Source: Auanema rhodensis (lineage: Eukaryota > Animalia > Nematoda). Taken from it: a stretch of DNA of 64,000 nucleotides. Both the position numbers and the translations under genes were made by a program. Shown here one piece after another: positions 26,501 through 42,400 of the stretch (position 1 is its first letter; the number at the start of each line of letters is the position of its first letter). The stretch covers positions 1,240,001 to 1,304,000 of the forward strand of contig OZ059894.1 of assembly GCA_964057225.1 (NCBI GenBank), read 5' to 3'. A model generated the notes under the pieces. The model saw only the letters and a list, made by a program, of their open reading frames with translations, searched no databases and was not told the DNA's origin.

Positions 26501-29500
26501 CTTATATCAGTTGATATCTCGGTGCATTTTTAAGCTAGCGCAAATCTGATAACACAGATCGACGCAGCTTGAAAATCCGCATCGAATGCACTATACTACT
26601 TTGAGAAACGCTTAATACAAAAATTAGTTATGATCGTTTGAAAAATGATGCATTAGTGTATGTTGAGTTTCCATGTACACTCAACATTGCTTCCAAAAAC
26701 ATTTTGACAAAAATTTTTTCGAAAAATTTCAAAATATTTTAGCAAAAAGTATATGTTTTTAGATTCCTTTTTTCAAGGCAAAGACGATGGACAATGTTAT
26801 TCAACGAAAAAATTAATTCTTCAGGGTGAAAATCGAGGATATAAGTGTGAACTTATATCAGTTGATATCTCGGTGCATTTTTAAGCTAGCGCAAATCTGA
26901 TAACACAGATCGACGCAGCTTGAAAATCCGCATCGAATGCACTATACTAAATTGATGAACGCTTAATACAAAAATTAGTTATGATCGTTTGAAAAATGAT
27001 GCATTAGTGTATGTTGAGTTTCCATGTACACTCAACATTGCTTCCAAAAACATTTTGACAAAAATTTTTTCGAAAAATTTCAAAATATTTTAGCAAAAAG
27101 TATATGTTTTTAGATTCCTTTTTTCAAGGCAAAGACGATGGACAATGTTATTCAACGAAAAAATTAATTCTTCAGGGTGAAAATCGAGGATATAAGTGTG
27201 AACTTATATCAGTTGATATCTCGGTGCATTTTTAAGCTAGCGCAAATCTGATAACACAGATCGACGCAGCTTGAAAATCCGCATCGAATGCACTATACTA
27301 CATTGAGGAACGCTTAATACAAAAATTAGTTATGATCGTTTGAAAAATGATGCATTAGTGTATGTTGAGTTTCCATGTACACTCAACATAGCTTCCAAAA
27401 ACATTTTGACAAAAATTTTTTCGAAAAATTTCAGAATAATTTAGCAAAAAGTAGATGTTTTTAGATTTCTTTTTTCAAGGCAAAGACGATGGACAATGTT
27501 ATTCAACGAAAAAATTAATTCTTCAGGGTGAAAATCGAGGATATAAGTGTGAACTTATATCAGTTGATATCTCGGTGCATTTTTAAGCTAGCGCAAATCT
27601 GATAACACAGATCGACGCAGCTTGAAAATCCGCATCGAATGCACTTTACTACATTGAGGAACGCTTAATACAAAAATTAGTTATGATCGTTTGAAAAATG
27701 ATGCATTAGTGTATGTTGAGTTTCCATGTACACTCAACATAGCTTCCAAAAACATTTTGACAAAAATTTTTTCGAAAAATTTCAGAATAATTTAGCAAAA
27801 AGTAGATGTTTTTAGATTTCTTTTTTCAAGGCAAAGACGATGGACAATGTTATTCAACGAAAAAATTAATTCTTCAGGGTGAAAATCGAGGATATAAGTG
27901 TGAACTTATATCAGTTGATATCTCGGTGCATTTTTAAGCTAGCGCAAATCTGATAACACAGATCGACGCAGCTTGAAAATCCGCATCGAATGCACTATAC
28001 TACTTTGAGAAACGCTTAATACAAAAATTAGTTATGATCGTTTGAAAAATGATGCATTAGTGTATGTTGAGTTTCCATGTACACTCAACATTGCTTCCAA
28101 AAACATTTTGACAAAAATTTTTTCGAAAAATTTCAAAATATTTTAGCGAAAAGTATATGTTTTTAGATTCCTTTTTTCAAGGCAAAGACGATGGACAATG
28201 TTATTCAACGAAAAAATTAATTCTTCAGGGTGAAAATCGAGGATATAAGTGTGAACTTATATCAGTTGATATCTCGGTGCATTTTTAAGCTAGCGCAAAT
28301 CTGATAACACAGATCGACGCAGCTTGAAAATCCGCATCGAATGCACTATACTAAATTGATGAACGCTTAATACAAAAATTAGTTATGATCGTTTGAAAAA
28401 TGATGCATTAGTGTATGTTGAGTTTCCATGTACACTCAACATTGCTTCCAAAAACATTTTGACAAAAATTTTTTCGAAAAATTTCAAAATATTTTAGCAA
28501 AAAGTATATGTTTTTAGATTCCTTTTTTTAAGGCAAAGACGATGGACAATGTTATTCAACGAAAAAATTAATTCTTCAGGGTGAAAATCGAGGATATAAG
28601 TGTGAACTTATATCAGTTGATATCTCGGTGCATTTTTAAGCTAGCGCAAATCTGATAACACAGATCGACGCAGCTTGAAAATCCGCATCGAATGCACTAT
28701 ACTAAATTGATGAACGCTTAATACAAAAATTAGTTATGATCGTTTGAAAAATGATGCATTAGTGTATGTTGAGTTTCCATGTACACTCAACATTGCTTCC
28801 AAAAACATTTTGACAAAAATTTTTTCGAAAAATTTCAAAATATTTTAGCAAAAAGTATATGTTTTTAGATTCCTTTTTTCAAGGCAAAGACGATGGACAA
28901 TGTTATTCAACGAAAAAATTAATTCTTCAGGGTGAAAATCGAGGATATAAGTGTGAACTTATATCAGTTGATATCTCGGTGCATTTTTAAGCTAGCGCAA
29001 ATCTGATAACACAGATCGACGCAGCTTGAAAATCCGCATCGAATGCACTATACTACATTGAGGAACGCTTAATACAAAAATTAGTTATGATCGTTTGAAA
29101 AATGATGCATTAGTGTATGTTGAGTTTCCATGTACACTCAACATAGCTTCCAAAAACATTTTGACAAAAATTTTTTCGAAAAATTTCAGAATAATTTAGC
29201 AAAAAGTAGATGTTTTTAGATTTCTTTTTTCAAGGCAAAGACGATGGACAATGTTATTCAACGAAAAAATTAATTCTTCAGGGTGAAAATCGAGGATATA
29301 AGTGTGAACTTATATCAGTTGATATCTCGGTGCATTTTTAAGCTAGCGCAAATCTGATAACACAGATCGACGCAGCTTGAAAATCCGCATCGAATGCACT
29401 ATACTACTTTGAGAAACGCTTAATACAAAAATTAGTTATGATCGTTTGAAAAATGATGCATTAGTGTATGTTGAGTTTCCATGTACACTCAACATTGCTT

Positions 29501-32500
29501 CCAAAAACATTTTGACAAAAATTTTTTCGAAAAATTTCAAAATATTTTAGCAAAAAGTATATGTTTTTAGATTCCTTTTTTCAAGGCAAAGACGATGGAC
29601 AATGTTATTCAACGAAAAAATTAATTCTTCAGGGTGAAAATCGAGGATATAAGTGTGAACTTATATCAGTTGATATCTCGGTGCATTTTTAAGCTAGCGC
29701 AAATCTGATAACACAGATCGACGCAGCTTGAAAATCCGCATCGAATGCACTATACTAAATTGATGAACGCTTAATACAAAAATTAGTTATGATCGTTTGA
29801 AAAATGATGCATTAGTGTATGTTGAGTTTCCATGTACACTCAACATTGCTTCCAAAAACATTTTGACAAAAATTTTTTCGAAAAATTTCAAAATATTTTA
29901 GCAAAAAGTATATGTTTTTAGATTCCTTTTTTCAAGGCAAAGACGATGGACAATGTTATTCAACGAAAAAATTAATTCTTCAGGGTGAAAATCGAGGATA
30001 TAAGTGTGAACTTATATCAGTTGATATCTCGGTGCATTTTTAAGCTAGCGCAAATCTGATAACACAGATCGACGCAGCTTGAAAATCCGCATCGAATGCA
30101 CTATACTAAATTGATGAACGCTTAATACAAAAATTAGTTATGATCGTTTGAAAAATGATGCATTAGTGTATGTTGAGTTTCCATGTACACTCAACATTGC
30201 TTCCAAAAACATTTTGACAAAAATTTTTTCGAAAAATTTCAAAATATTTTAGCAAAAAGTATATGTTTTTAGATTCCTTTTTTCAAGGCAAAGACGATGG
30301 ACAATGTTATTCAACGAAAAAATTAATTCTTCAGGGTGAAAATCGAGGATATAAGTGTGAACTTATATCAGTTGATATCTCGGTGCATTTTTAAGCTAGC
30401 GCAAATCTGATAACACAGATCGACGCAGCTTGAAAATCCGCATCGAATGCACTATACTAAATTGATGAACGCTTAATACAAAAATTAGTTATGATCGTTT
30501 GAAAAATGATGCATTAGTGTATGTTGAGTTTCCATGTACACTCAACATTGCTTCCAAAAACATTTTGACAAAAATTTTTTCGAAAAATTTCAAAATATTT
30601 TAGCAAAAAGTATATGTTTTTAGATTCCTTTTTTCAAGGCAAAGACGATGGACAATGTTATTCAACGAAAAAATTAATTCTTCAGGGTGAAAATCGAGGA
30701 TATAAGTGTGAACTTATATCAGTTGATATCTCGGTGCATTTTTAAGCTAGCGCAAATCTGATAACACAGATCGACGCAGCTTGAAAATCCGCATCGAATG
30801 CACTATACTAAATTGATGAACGCTTAATACAAAAATTAGTTATGATCGTTTGAAAAATGATGCATTAGTGTATGTTGAGTTTCCATGTACACTCAACATT
30901 GCTTCCAAAAACATTTTGACAAAAATTTTTTCGAAAAATTTCAAAATATTTCAGCAAAAAGTAGATGTTTTTAGATTTCTTTTTTCAAGGCAAAGACGAT
31001 GGACAATGTTATTCAACGAAAAAATTAATTCTTCAGGGTGAAAATCGAGGATATAAGTGTGAACTTATATCAGTTGATATCTCGGTGCATTTTTAAGCTA
31101 GCGCAAATCTGATAACACAGATCGACGCAGCTTGAAAATCCGCATCGAATGCACTATACTACTTTGAGAAACGCTTAATACAAAAATTAGTTATGATCGT
31201 TTGAAAAATGATGCATTAGTGTATGTTGAGTTTCCATGTACACTCAACATTGCTTCCAAAAACATTTTGACAAAAATTTTTTCGAAAAATTTCAAAATAT
31301 TTTAGCAAAAAGTAGATGTTTTTAGATTTCTTTTTTCAAGGCAAAGACGATGGACACTGTTATTCAACGAAAAAATTAATTCTTCAGGGTGAAAATCGAG
31401 GATATAAGTGTGAACTTATATCAGTTGATATCTCGGTGCATTTTTAAGCTAGCGCAAATCTGATAACACAGATCGACGCAGCTTGAAAATCCGCATCGAA
31501 TGCACTATACTAAATTGATGAACGCTTAATACAAAAATTAGTTATGATCGTTTGAAAAATGATGCATTAGTGTATGTTGAGTTTCCATGTACACTCAACA
31601 TTGCTTCCAAAAACATTTTGACAAAAATTTTTTCGAAAAATTTCAAAATATTTTAGCAAAAAGTATATGTTTTTAGATTCCTTTTTTCAAGGCAAAGACG
31701 ATGGACAATGTTATTCAACGAAAAAATTAATTCTTCAGGGTGAAAATCGAGGATATAAGTGTGAACTTATATCAGTTGATATCTCGGTGCATTTTTAAGC
31801 TAGCGCAAATCTGATAACACAGATCGACGCAGCTTGAAAATCCGCATCGAATGCACTATACTAAATTGATGAACGCTTAATACAAAAATTAGTTATGATC
31901 GTTTGAAAAATGATGCATTAGTGTATGTTGAGTTTCCATGTACACTCAACATTGCTTCCAAAAACATTTTGACAAAAATTTTTTCGAAAAATTTCAAAAT
32001 ATTTTAGCAAAAAGTATATGTTTTTAGATTCCTTTTTTCAAGGCAAAGACGATGGACAATGTTATTCAACGAAAAAATTAATTCTTCAGGGTGAAAATCG
32101 AGGATATAAGTGTGAACTTATATCAGTTGATATCTCGGTGCATTTTTAAGCTAGCGCAAATCTGATAACACAGATCGACGCAGCTTGAAAATCCGCATCG
32201 AATGCACTATACTAAATTGATGAACGCTTAATACAAAAATTAGTTATGATCGTTTGAAAAATGATGCATTAGTGTATGTTGAGTTTCCATGTACACTCAA
32301 CATTGCTTCCAAAAACATTTTGACAAAAATTTTTTCGAAAAATTTCAAAATATTTTAGCAAAAAGTATATGTTTTTAGATTCCTTTTTTCAAGGCAAAGA
32401 CGATGGACAATGTTATTCAACGAAAAAATTAATTCTTCAGGGTGAAAATCGAGGATATAAGTGTGAACTTATATCAGTTGATATCTCGGTGCATTTTTAA

Positions 32501-32979
32501 GCTAGCGCAAATCTGATAACACAGATCGACGCAGCTTGAAAATCCGCATCGAATGCACTATACTAAATTGATGAACGCTTAATACAAAAATTAGTTATGA
32601 TCGTTTGAAAAATGATGCATTAGTGTATGTTGAGTTTCCATGTACACTCAACATTGCTTCCAAAAACATTTTGACAAAAATTTTTTCGAAAAATTTCAAA
32701 ATATTTCAGCAAAAAGTAGATGTTTTTAGATTTCTTTTTTCAAGGCAAAGACGATGGACAATGTTATTCAACGAAAAAATTAATTCTTCAGGGTGAAAAT
32801 CGAGGATATAAGTGTGAACTTATATCAGTTGATATCTCGGTGCATTTTTAAGCTAGCGCAAATCTGATAACACAGATCGACGCAGCTTGAAAATCCGCAT
32901 CGAATGCACTATACTACTTTGAGAAACGCTTAATACAAAAATTAGTTATGATCGTTTGAAAAATGATGCATTAGTGTAT

Positions 32980-35900
32980 GTTGAGTTTCCATGTACACTC
33001 AACATTGCTTCCAAAAACATTTTGACAAAAATTTTTTCGAAAAATTTCAAAATATTTTAGCAAAAAGTAGATGTTTTTAGATTTCTTTTTTCAAGGCAAA
33101 GACGATGGACAATGTTATTCAACGAAAAAATTAATTCTTCAGGGTGAAAATCGAGAATATAAGTGTGAACTTATATCAGTTGATATCTCGGTGCATTTTT
33201 AAGCTAGCGCAAATCTGATAACACAGATCGACGCAGCTTGAAAATCCGCATCGAATGCACTATACCACATTGAGGAACGCTTAATACAAAAATTAGTTAT
33301 GATCGTTTGAAAAATGATGCATTAGTGTATGTTGAGTTTCCATGTACACTCAACATAGCTTCCAAAAACATTTTGACAAAAATTTTTTCGAAAAATTTCA
33401 GAATAATTTAGCAAAAAGTAGATGTTTTTAGATTCCTTTTTTCAAGGCAAAGACGATGGACAATGTTATTCAACGAAAAAATTAATTCTTCAGGGTGAAA
33501 ATCGAGGATATAAGTGTGAACTTATATCAGTTGATATCTCAGTGCATTTTTAAGCTAGCGCAAATCTGATAACACAGATCGACGCAGCTTGAAAATCCGC
33601 ATCTAATGCACTATACTACTTTGAGAAACGCTTAATACAAAAATTAGTTATGATCGTTTGAAAAATGATGCATTAGTGTATGTTGAGTTTCCATGTACAC
33701 TTAACATTGCTTCCAAAAACATTTTGACAAAAATTTTTTCGAAAAATTTCAAAATATTTTAGCAAAAAGTAGATGTTTTTAGATTTCTTTTTTCAAGGCA
33801 AAGACGATGGACAATGTTATTCAACGAAAAAATTAATTCTTCAGGGTGAAAATCGAGGATATAAGTGTGAACTTATATCAGTTGATATCTCGGTGCATTT
33901 TTAAGCTAGCGCAAATCTGATAACACAGATCGACGCAGCTTAAAAATCCGCATCGAATGCACTATACTACTTTGAGAAACGCTTAATACAAAAATTAGTT
34001 ATGATCGTTTGAAAAATGATGCATTAGTGTATGTTGAGTTTCCATGTACACTCAACATTGCTTCCAAAAACATTTTAACAAAAATTTTTTCGAAAAATTT
34101 CAAAATATTTTAGCAAAAAGTAGATGTTTTTAGATTCCTTTTTTCAAGGCAAAGACGATGGACAATGTTATTCAACGAAAAAATTAATTCTTCAGGGTGA
34201 AAATCGAGGATATAAGTGTGAACTTATATCAGTTGATATCTCGGTGCATTTTTAAGCTAGCGCAAATCTGATAACACAGATCGACGCAGCTTGAAAATCC
34301 GCATCTAATGCACTATACTACTTTGAGAAACGCTTAATACAAAAATTAGTTATGATCGTTTGAAAAATGATGCATTAGTGTATGTTGAGTTTCCATGTAC
34401 ACTCAACATAGCTTCCAAAAACATTTTGACAAAAATTTTTTCGAAAAATTTCAGAATAATTTAGCAAAAAGTAGATGTTTTTAGATTCCTTTTTTCAAGG
34501 CAAAGACGATGGACAATGTTATTCAACGAAAAAATTAATTCTTCAGGGTGAAAATCGAGGATATAAGTGTGAACTTATATCAGTTGATATCTCGGTGCAT
34601 TTTTAAGCTAGCGCAAATCTGATAACACAGATCGACGCAGCTTGAAAATCCGCATCTAATGCACTATACTACTTTGAGAAACGCTTAATACAAAAATTAG
34701 TTATGATCGTTTGAAAAATGATGCATTAGTGTATGTTGAGTTTCCATGTACACTCAACATTGCTTCCAAAAACATTTTGACAAAAATTTTTTCGAAAAAT
34801 TTCAAAATATTTTAGCAAAAAGTAGATGTTTTTAGATTTCTTTTTTCAAGGCAAAGACGATGGACAATGTTATTCAACGAAAAAATTAATTCTTCAGGGT
34901 GAAAATCGAGAATATAAGTGTGAACTTATATCAGTTGATATCTCGGTGCATTTTTAAGCTAGCGCAAATCTGATAACACAGATCGACGCAGCTTGAAAAT
35001 CCGCATCGAATGCACTATACCACATTGAGGAACGCTTAATACAAAAATTAGTTATGATCGTTTGAAAAATGATGCATTAGTGTATGTTGAGTTTCCATGT
35101 ACACTCAACATAGCTTCCAAAAACATTTTGACAAAAATTTTTTCGAAAAATTTCAGAATAATTTAGCAAAAAGTAGATGTTTTTAGATTCCTTTTTTCAA
35201 GGCAAAGACGATGGACAATGTTATTCAACGAAAAAATTAATTCTTCAGGGTGAAAATCGAGGATATAAGTGTGAACTTATATCAGTTGATATCTCAGTGC
35301 ATTTTTAAGCTAGCGCAAATCTGATAACACAGATCGACGCAGCTTGAAAATCCGCATCTAATGCACTATACTACTTTGAGAAACGCTTAATACAAAAATT
35401 AGTTATGATCGTTTGAAAAATGATGCATTAGTGTATGTTGAGTTTCCATGTACACTTAACATTGCTTCCAAAAACATTTTGACAAAAATTTTTTCGAAAA
35501 ATTTCAAAATATTTTAGCAAAAAGTAGATGTTTTTAGATTTCTTTTTTCAAGGCAAAGACGATGGACAATGTTATTCAACGAAAAAATTAATTCTTCAGG
35601 GTGAAAATCGAGGATATAAGTGTGAACTTATATCAGTTGATATCTCGGTGCATTTTTAAGCTAGCGCAAATCTGATAACACAGATCGACGCAGCTTAAAA
35701 ATCCGCATCGAATGCACTATACTACTTTGAGAAACGCTTAATACAAAAATTAGTTATGATCGTTTGAAAAATGATGCATTAGTGTATGTTGAGTTTCCAT
35801 GTACACTCAACATTGCTTCCAAAAACATTTTGACAAAAATTTTTTCGAAAAATTTCAAAATATTTTAGCAAAAAGTAGATGTTTTTAGATTCCTTTTTTC

Positions 35901-36489
35901 AAGGCAAAGACGATGGACAATGTTATTCAACGAAAAAATTAATTCTTCAGGGTGAAAATCGAGGATATAAGTGTGAACTTATATCAGTTGATATCTCGGT
36001 GCATTTTTAAGCTAGCGCAAATCTGATAACACAGATCGACGCAGCTTGAAAATCCGCATCTAATGCACTATACTACTTTGAGAAACGCTTAATACAAAAA
36101 TTAGTTATGATCGTTTGAAAAATGATGCATTAGTGTATGTTGAGTTTCCATGTACACTCAACATAGCTTCCAAAAACATTTTGACAAAAATTTTTTCGAA
36201 AAATTTCAGAATAATTTAGCAAAAAGTAGATGTTTTTAGATTCCTTTTTTCAAGGCAAAGACGATGGACAATGTTATTCAACGAAAAAATTAATTCTTCA
36301 GGGTGAAAATCGAGGATATAAGTGTGAACTTATATCAGTTGATATCTCGGTGCATTTTTAAGCTAGCGCAAATCTGATAACACAGATCGACGCAGCTTGA
36401 AAATCCGCATCTAATGCACTATACTACTTTGAGAAACGCTTAATACAAAAATTAGTTATGATCGTTTGAAAAATGATGCATTAGTGTAT
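32980..36489. repeat. 5-mer (1755 bp) higher-order tandem duplication, monomers 95-99 / 100-104
   Basis: The same ordered variants occur twice: GAGAATAT+TATACCACATTGAGG; CATAGC+CTCAGTGC; CACTTAAC+CTTAAAA; GCATCTAA; CATAGC+CAGAATA. Confidence 0.85.
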
Positions 36490-39400
36490 GTTGAGTTTCC
36501 ATGTACACTCAACATTGCTTCCAAAAACATTTTGACAAAAATTTTTTCGAAAAATTTCAAAATATTTTAGCAAAAAGTAGATGTTTTTAGATTCCTTTTT
36601 TCAAGGCAAAGACGATGGACAATGTTATTCAACGAAAAAATTAATTCTTCAGGGTGAAAATCGAGGATATAAGTGTGAACTTATATCAGTTGATATCTCG
36701 GTGCATTTTTAAGCTAGCGCAAATCTGATAACACAGATCGACGCAGCTTGAAAATCCGCATCTAATGCACTATACTACTTTGAGAAACGCTTAATACAAA
36801 AATTAGTTATGATCGTTTGAAAAATGATGCATTAGTGTATGTTGAGTTTCCATGTACACTCAACATTGCTTCCAAAAACATTTTGACAAAAATTTTTTCG
36901 AAAAATTTCAGAATAATTTAGCAAAAAGTAGATGTTTTTAGTTTTTTTTTTTCAAGGCAAAGACGATGGACAATGTTATTCAACGAAAAAATTAATTCTT
37001 CAGGGTGAAAATCGAGGATATAAGTGTGAACTTATATCAGTTGATATCTCGGTGCATTTTTAAGCTAGCGCAAATCTGATAACACAGATCGACGCAGCTT
37101 GAAAATCCGCATCGAATGCACTATACTAAATTGATGAACGCTTAATACAAAAATTAGTTATGATCGTTTGAAAAATGATGCATTAGTGTATGTTGAGTTT
37201 CCATGTACACTCAACATTGCTTCCAAAAACATTTTGACAAAAATTTTTTCGAAAAATTTCAAAATATTTCAGCAAAAAGTAGATGTTTTTAGATTTCTTT
37301 TTTCAAGGCAAAGACGATGGACACTGTTATTCAACGAAAAAATTAATTCTTCAGGGTGAAAATCGAGGATATAAGTGTGAACTTATATCAGTTGATATCT
37401 CGGTGCATTTTTAAGCTAGCGCAAATCTGATAACACAGATCGACGCAGCTTGAAAATCCGCATCGAATGCACTATACTACTTTGAGAAACGCTTAATACA
37501 AAAATTAGTTATGATCGTTTGAAAAATGATGCATTAGTGTATGTTGAGTTTCCATGTACACTCAACATTGCTTCCAAAAACATTTTGACAAAAATTTTTT
37601 CGAAAAATTTCAAAATATTTTAGCAAAAAGTAGATGTTTTTAGATTTCTTTTTTCAAGGCAAAGACGATGGACAATGTTATTCAACGAAAAAATTAATTC
37701 TTCAGGGTGAAAATCGAGGATATAAGTGTGAACTTATATCAGTTGATATCTCGGTGCATTTTTAAGCTAGCGCAAATCTGATAACACAGATCGACGCAGC
37801 TTGAAAATCCGCATCGAATGCACTATACCACATTGAGGAACGCTTAATACAAAAATTAGTTATGATCGTTTGAAAAATGATGCATTAGTGTATGTTGAGT
37901 TTCCATGTACACTCAACATAGCTTCCAAAAACATTTTGACAAAAATTTTTTCGAAAAATTTCAGAATAATTTAGCAAAAAGTAGATGTTTTTAGATTTCT
38001 TTTTTCAAGGCAAAGACGATGGACAATGTTATTCAACGAAAAAATTAATTCTTCAGGGTGAAAATCGAGGATATAAGTGTGAACTTATATCAGTTGATAT
38101 CTCGGTGCATTTTTAAGCTAGCGCAAATCTGATAACACAGATCGACGCAGCTTGAAAATCCGCATCTAATGCACTATACTACTTTGAGAAACGCTTAATA
38201 CAAAAATTAGTTATGATCGTTTGAAAAATGATGCATTAGTGTATGTTGAGTTTCCATGTACACTCAACATTGCTTCCAAAAACATTTTGACAAAAATTTT
38301 TTCGAAAAATTTCAAAATATTTTAGCAAAAAGTATATGTTTTTAGATTCCTTTTTTCAAGGCAAAGACGATGGACAATGTTATTCAACGAAAAAATTAAT
38401 TCTTCAGGGTGAAAATCGAGGATATAAGTGTGAACTTATATCAGTTGATATCTCGGTGCATTTTTAAGCTAGCGCAAATCTGATAACACAGATCGACGCA
38501 GCTTGAAAATCCGCATCGAATGCACTATACTAAATTGATGAACGCTTAATACAAAAATTAGTTATGATCGTTTGAAAAATGATGCATTAGTGTATGTTGA
38601 GTTTCCATGTACACTCAACATTGCTTCCAAAAACATTTTGACAAAAATTTTTTCGAAAAATTTCAAAATATTTTAGCAAAAAGTATATGTTTTTAGATTC
38701 CTTTTTTCAAGGCAAAGACGATGGACAATGTTATTCAACGAAAAAATTAATTCTTCAGGGTGAAAATCGAGGATATAAGTGTGAACTTATATCAGTTGAT
38801 ATCTCGGTGCATTTTTAAGCTAGCGCAAATCTGATAACACAGATCGACGCAGCTTGAAAATCCGCATCGAATGCACTATACTAAATTGATGAACGCTTAA
38901 TACAAAAATTAGTTATGATCGTTTGAAAAATGATGCATTAGTGTATGTTGAGTTTCCATGTACACTCAACATTGCTTCCAAAAACATTTTGACAAAAATT
39001 TTTTCGAAAAATTTCAAAATATTTTAGCAAAAAGTATATGTTTTTAGATTCCTTTTTTCAAGGCAAAGACGATGGACAATGTTATTCAACGAAAAAATTA
39101 ATTCTTCAGGGTGAAAATCGAGGATATAAGTGTGAACTTATATCAGTTGATATCTCGGTGCATTTTTAAGCTAGCGCAAATCTGATAACACAGATCGACG
39201 CAGCTTGAAAATCCGCATCGAATGCACTATACTAAATTGATGAACGCTTAATACAAAAATTAGTTATGATCGTTTGAAAAATGATGCATTAGTGTATGTT
39301 GAGTTTCCATGTACACTCAACATTGCTTCCAAAAACATTTTGACAAAAATTTTTTCGAAAAATTTCAAAATATTTTAGCAAAAAGTATATGTTTTTAGAT

Positions 39401-42400
39401 TCCTTTTTTCAAGGCAAAGACGATGGACAATGTTATTCAACGAAAAAATTAATTCTTCAGGGTGAAAATCGAGGATATAAGTGTGAACTTATATCAGTTG
39501 ATATCTCGGTGCATTTTTAAGCTAGCGCAAATCTGATAACACAGATCGACGCAGCTTGAAAATCCGCATCGAATGCACTATACTAAATTGATGAACGCTT
39601 AATACAAAAATTAGTTATGATCGTTTGAAAAATGATGCATTAGTGTATGTTGAGTTTCCATGTACACTCAACATTGCTTCCAAAAACATTTTGACAAAAA
39701 TTTTTTCGAAAAATTTCAAAATATTTCAGCAAAAAGTAGATGTTTTTAGATTTCTTTTTTCAAGGCAAAGACGATGGACAATGTTATTCAACGAAAAAAT
39801 TAATTCTTCAGGGTGAAAATCGAGGATATAAGTGTGAACTTATATCAGTTGATATCTCGGTGCATTTTTAAGCTAGCGCAAATCTGATAACACAGATCGA
39901 CGCAGCTTGAAAATCCGCATCGAATGCACTATACTACTTTGAGAAACGCTTAATACAAAAATTAGTTATGATCGTTTGAAAAATGATGCATTAGTGTATG
40001 TTGAGTTTCCATGTACACTCAACATTGCTTCCAAAAACATTTTGACAAAAATTTTTTCGAAAAATTTCAAAATATTTTAGCAAAAAGTAGATGTTTTTAG
40101 ATTTCTTTTTTCAAGGCAAAGACGATGGACAATGTTATTCAACGAAAAAATTAATTCTTCAGGGTGAAAATCGAGAATATAAGTGTGAACTTATATCAGT
40201 TGATATCTCGGTGCATTTTTAAGCTAGCGCAAATCTGATAACACAGATCGACGCAGCTTGAAAATCCGCATCGAATGCACTATACCACATTGAGGAACGC
40301 TTAATACAAAAATTAGTTATGATCGTTTGAAAAATGATGCATTAGTGTATGTTGAGTTTCCATGTACACTCAACATAGCTTCCAAAAACATTTTGACAAA
40401 AATTTTTTCGAAAAATTTCAGAATAATTTAGCAAAAAGTAGATGTTTTTAGATTCCTTTTTTCAAGGCAAAGACGATGGACAATGTTATTCAACGAAAAA
40501 ATTAATTCTTCAGGGTGAAAATCGAGGATATAAGTGTGAACTTATATCAGTTGATATCTCGGTGCATTTTTAAGCTAGCGCAAATCTGATAACACAGATC
40601 GACGCAGCTTGAAAATCCGCATCTAATGCACTATACTACTTTGAGAAACGCTTAATACAAAAATTAGTTATGATCGTTTGAAAAATGATGCATTAGTGTA
40701 TGTTGAGTTTCCATGTACACTTAACATTGCTTCCAAAAACATTTTGACAAAAATTTTTTCGAAAAATTTCAAAATATTTTAGCAAAAAGTAGATGTTTTT
40801 AGATTTCTTTTTTCAAGGCAAAGACGATGGACAATGTTATTCAACGAAAAAATTAATTCTTCAGGGTGAAAATCGAGGATATAAGTGTGAACTTATATCA
40901 GTTGATATCTCGGTGCATTTTTAAGCTAGCGCAAATCTGATAACACAGATCGACGCAGCTTAAAAATCCGCATCGAATGCACTATACTACTTTGAGAAAC
41001 GCTTAATACAAAAATTAGTTATGATCGTTTGAAAAATGATGCATTAGTGTATGTTGAGTTTCCATGTACACTCAACATTGCTTCCAAAAACATTTTGACA
41101 AAAATTTTTTCGAAAAATTTCAAAATATTTTAGCAAAAAGTAGATGTTTTTAGATTCCTTTTTTCAAGGCAAAGACGATGGACAATGTTATTCAACGAAA
41201 AAATTAATTCTTCAGGGTGAAAATCGAGGATATAAGTGTGAACTTATATCAGTTGATATCTCGGTGCATTTTTAAGCTAGCGCAAATCTGATAACACAGA
41301 TCGACGCAGCTTGAAAATCCGCATCTAATGCACTATACTACTTTGAGAAACGCTTAATACAAAAATTAGTTATGATCGTTTGAAAAATGATGCATTAGTG
41401 TATGTTGAGTTTCCATGTACACTCAACATTGCTTCCAAAAACATTTTGACAAAAATTTTTTCGAAAAATTTCAGAATAATTTAGCAAAAAGTAGATGTTT
41501 TTAGTTTTTTTTTTTCAAGGCAAAGACGATGGACAATGTTATTCAACGAAAAAATTAATTCTTCAGGGTGAAAATCGAGGATATAAGTGTGAACTTATAT
41601 CAGTTGATATCTCGGTGCATTTTTAAGCTAGCGCAAATCTGATAACACAGATCGACGCAGCTTGAAAATCCGCATCGAATGCACTATACTAAATTGATGA
41701 ACGCTTAATACAAAAATTAGTTATGATCGTTTGAAAAATGATGCATTAGTGTATGTTGAGTTTCCATGTACACTCAACATTGCTTCCAAAAACATTTTGA
41801 CAAAAATTTTTTCGAAAAATTTCAAAATATTTCAGCAAAAAGTAGATGTTTTTAGATTTCTTTTTTCAAGGCAAAGACGATGGACACTGTTATTCAACGA
41901 AAAAATTAATTCTTCAGGGTGAAAATCGAGGATATAAGTGTGAACTTATATCAGTTGATATCTCGGTGCATTTTTAAGCTAGCGCAAATCTGATAACACA
42001 GATCGACGCAGCTTGAAAATCCGCATCGAATGCACTATACTACTTTGAGAAACGCTTAATACAAAAATTAGTTATGATCGTTTGAAAAATGATGCATTAG
42101 TGTATGTTGAGTTTCCATGTACACTCAACATTGCTTCCAAAAACATTTTGACAAAAATTTTTTCGAAAAATTTCAAAATATTTTAGCAAAAAGTAGATGT
42201 TTTTAGATTTCTTTTTTCAAGGCAAAGACGATGGACAATGTTATTCAACGAAAAAATTAATTCTTCAGGGTGAAAATCGAGGATATAAGTGTGAACTTAT
42301 ATCAGTTGATATCTCGGTGCATTTTTAAGCTAGCGCAAATCTGATAACACAGATCGACGCAGCTTGAAAATCCGCATCGAATGCACTATACCACATTGAG

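Noticed and set aside
30850-41922. Five 63-aa ORFs (30850, 32605, 37168, 39625, 41731)
   Set aside because: They use a TTG start and exist only where the monomer's TAG (pos 79-81) mutated to CAG. The low-complexity K/F/N/I composition reflects A/T tracts, and there is no recognisable domain. The other ~177 copies are interrupted.
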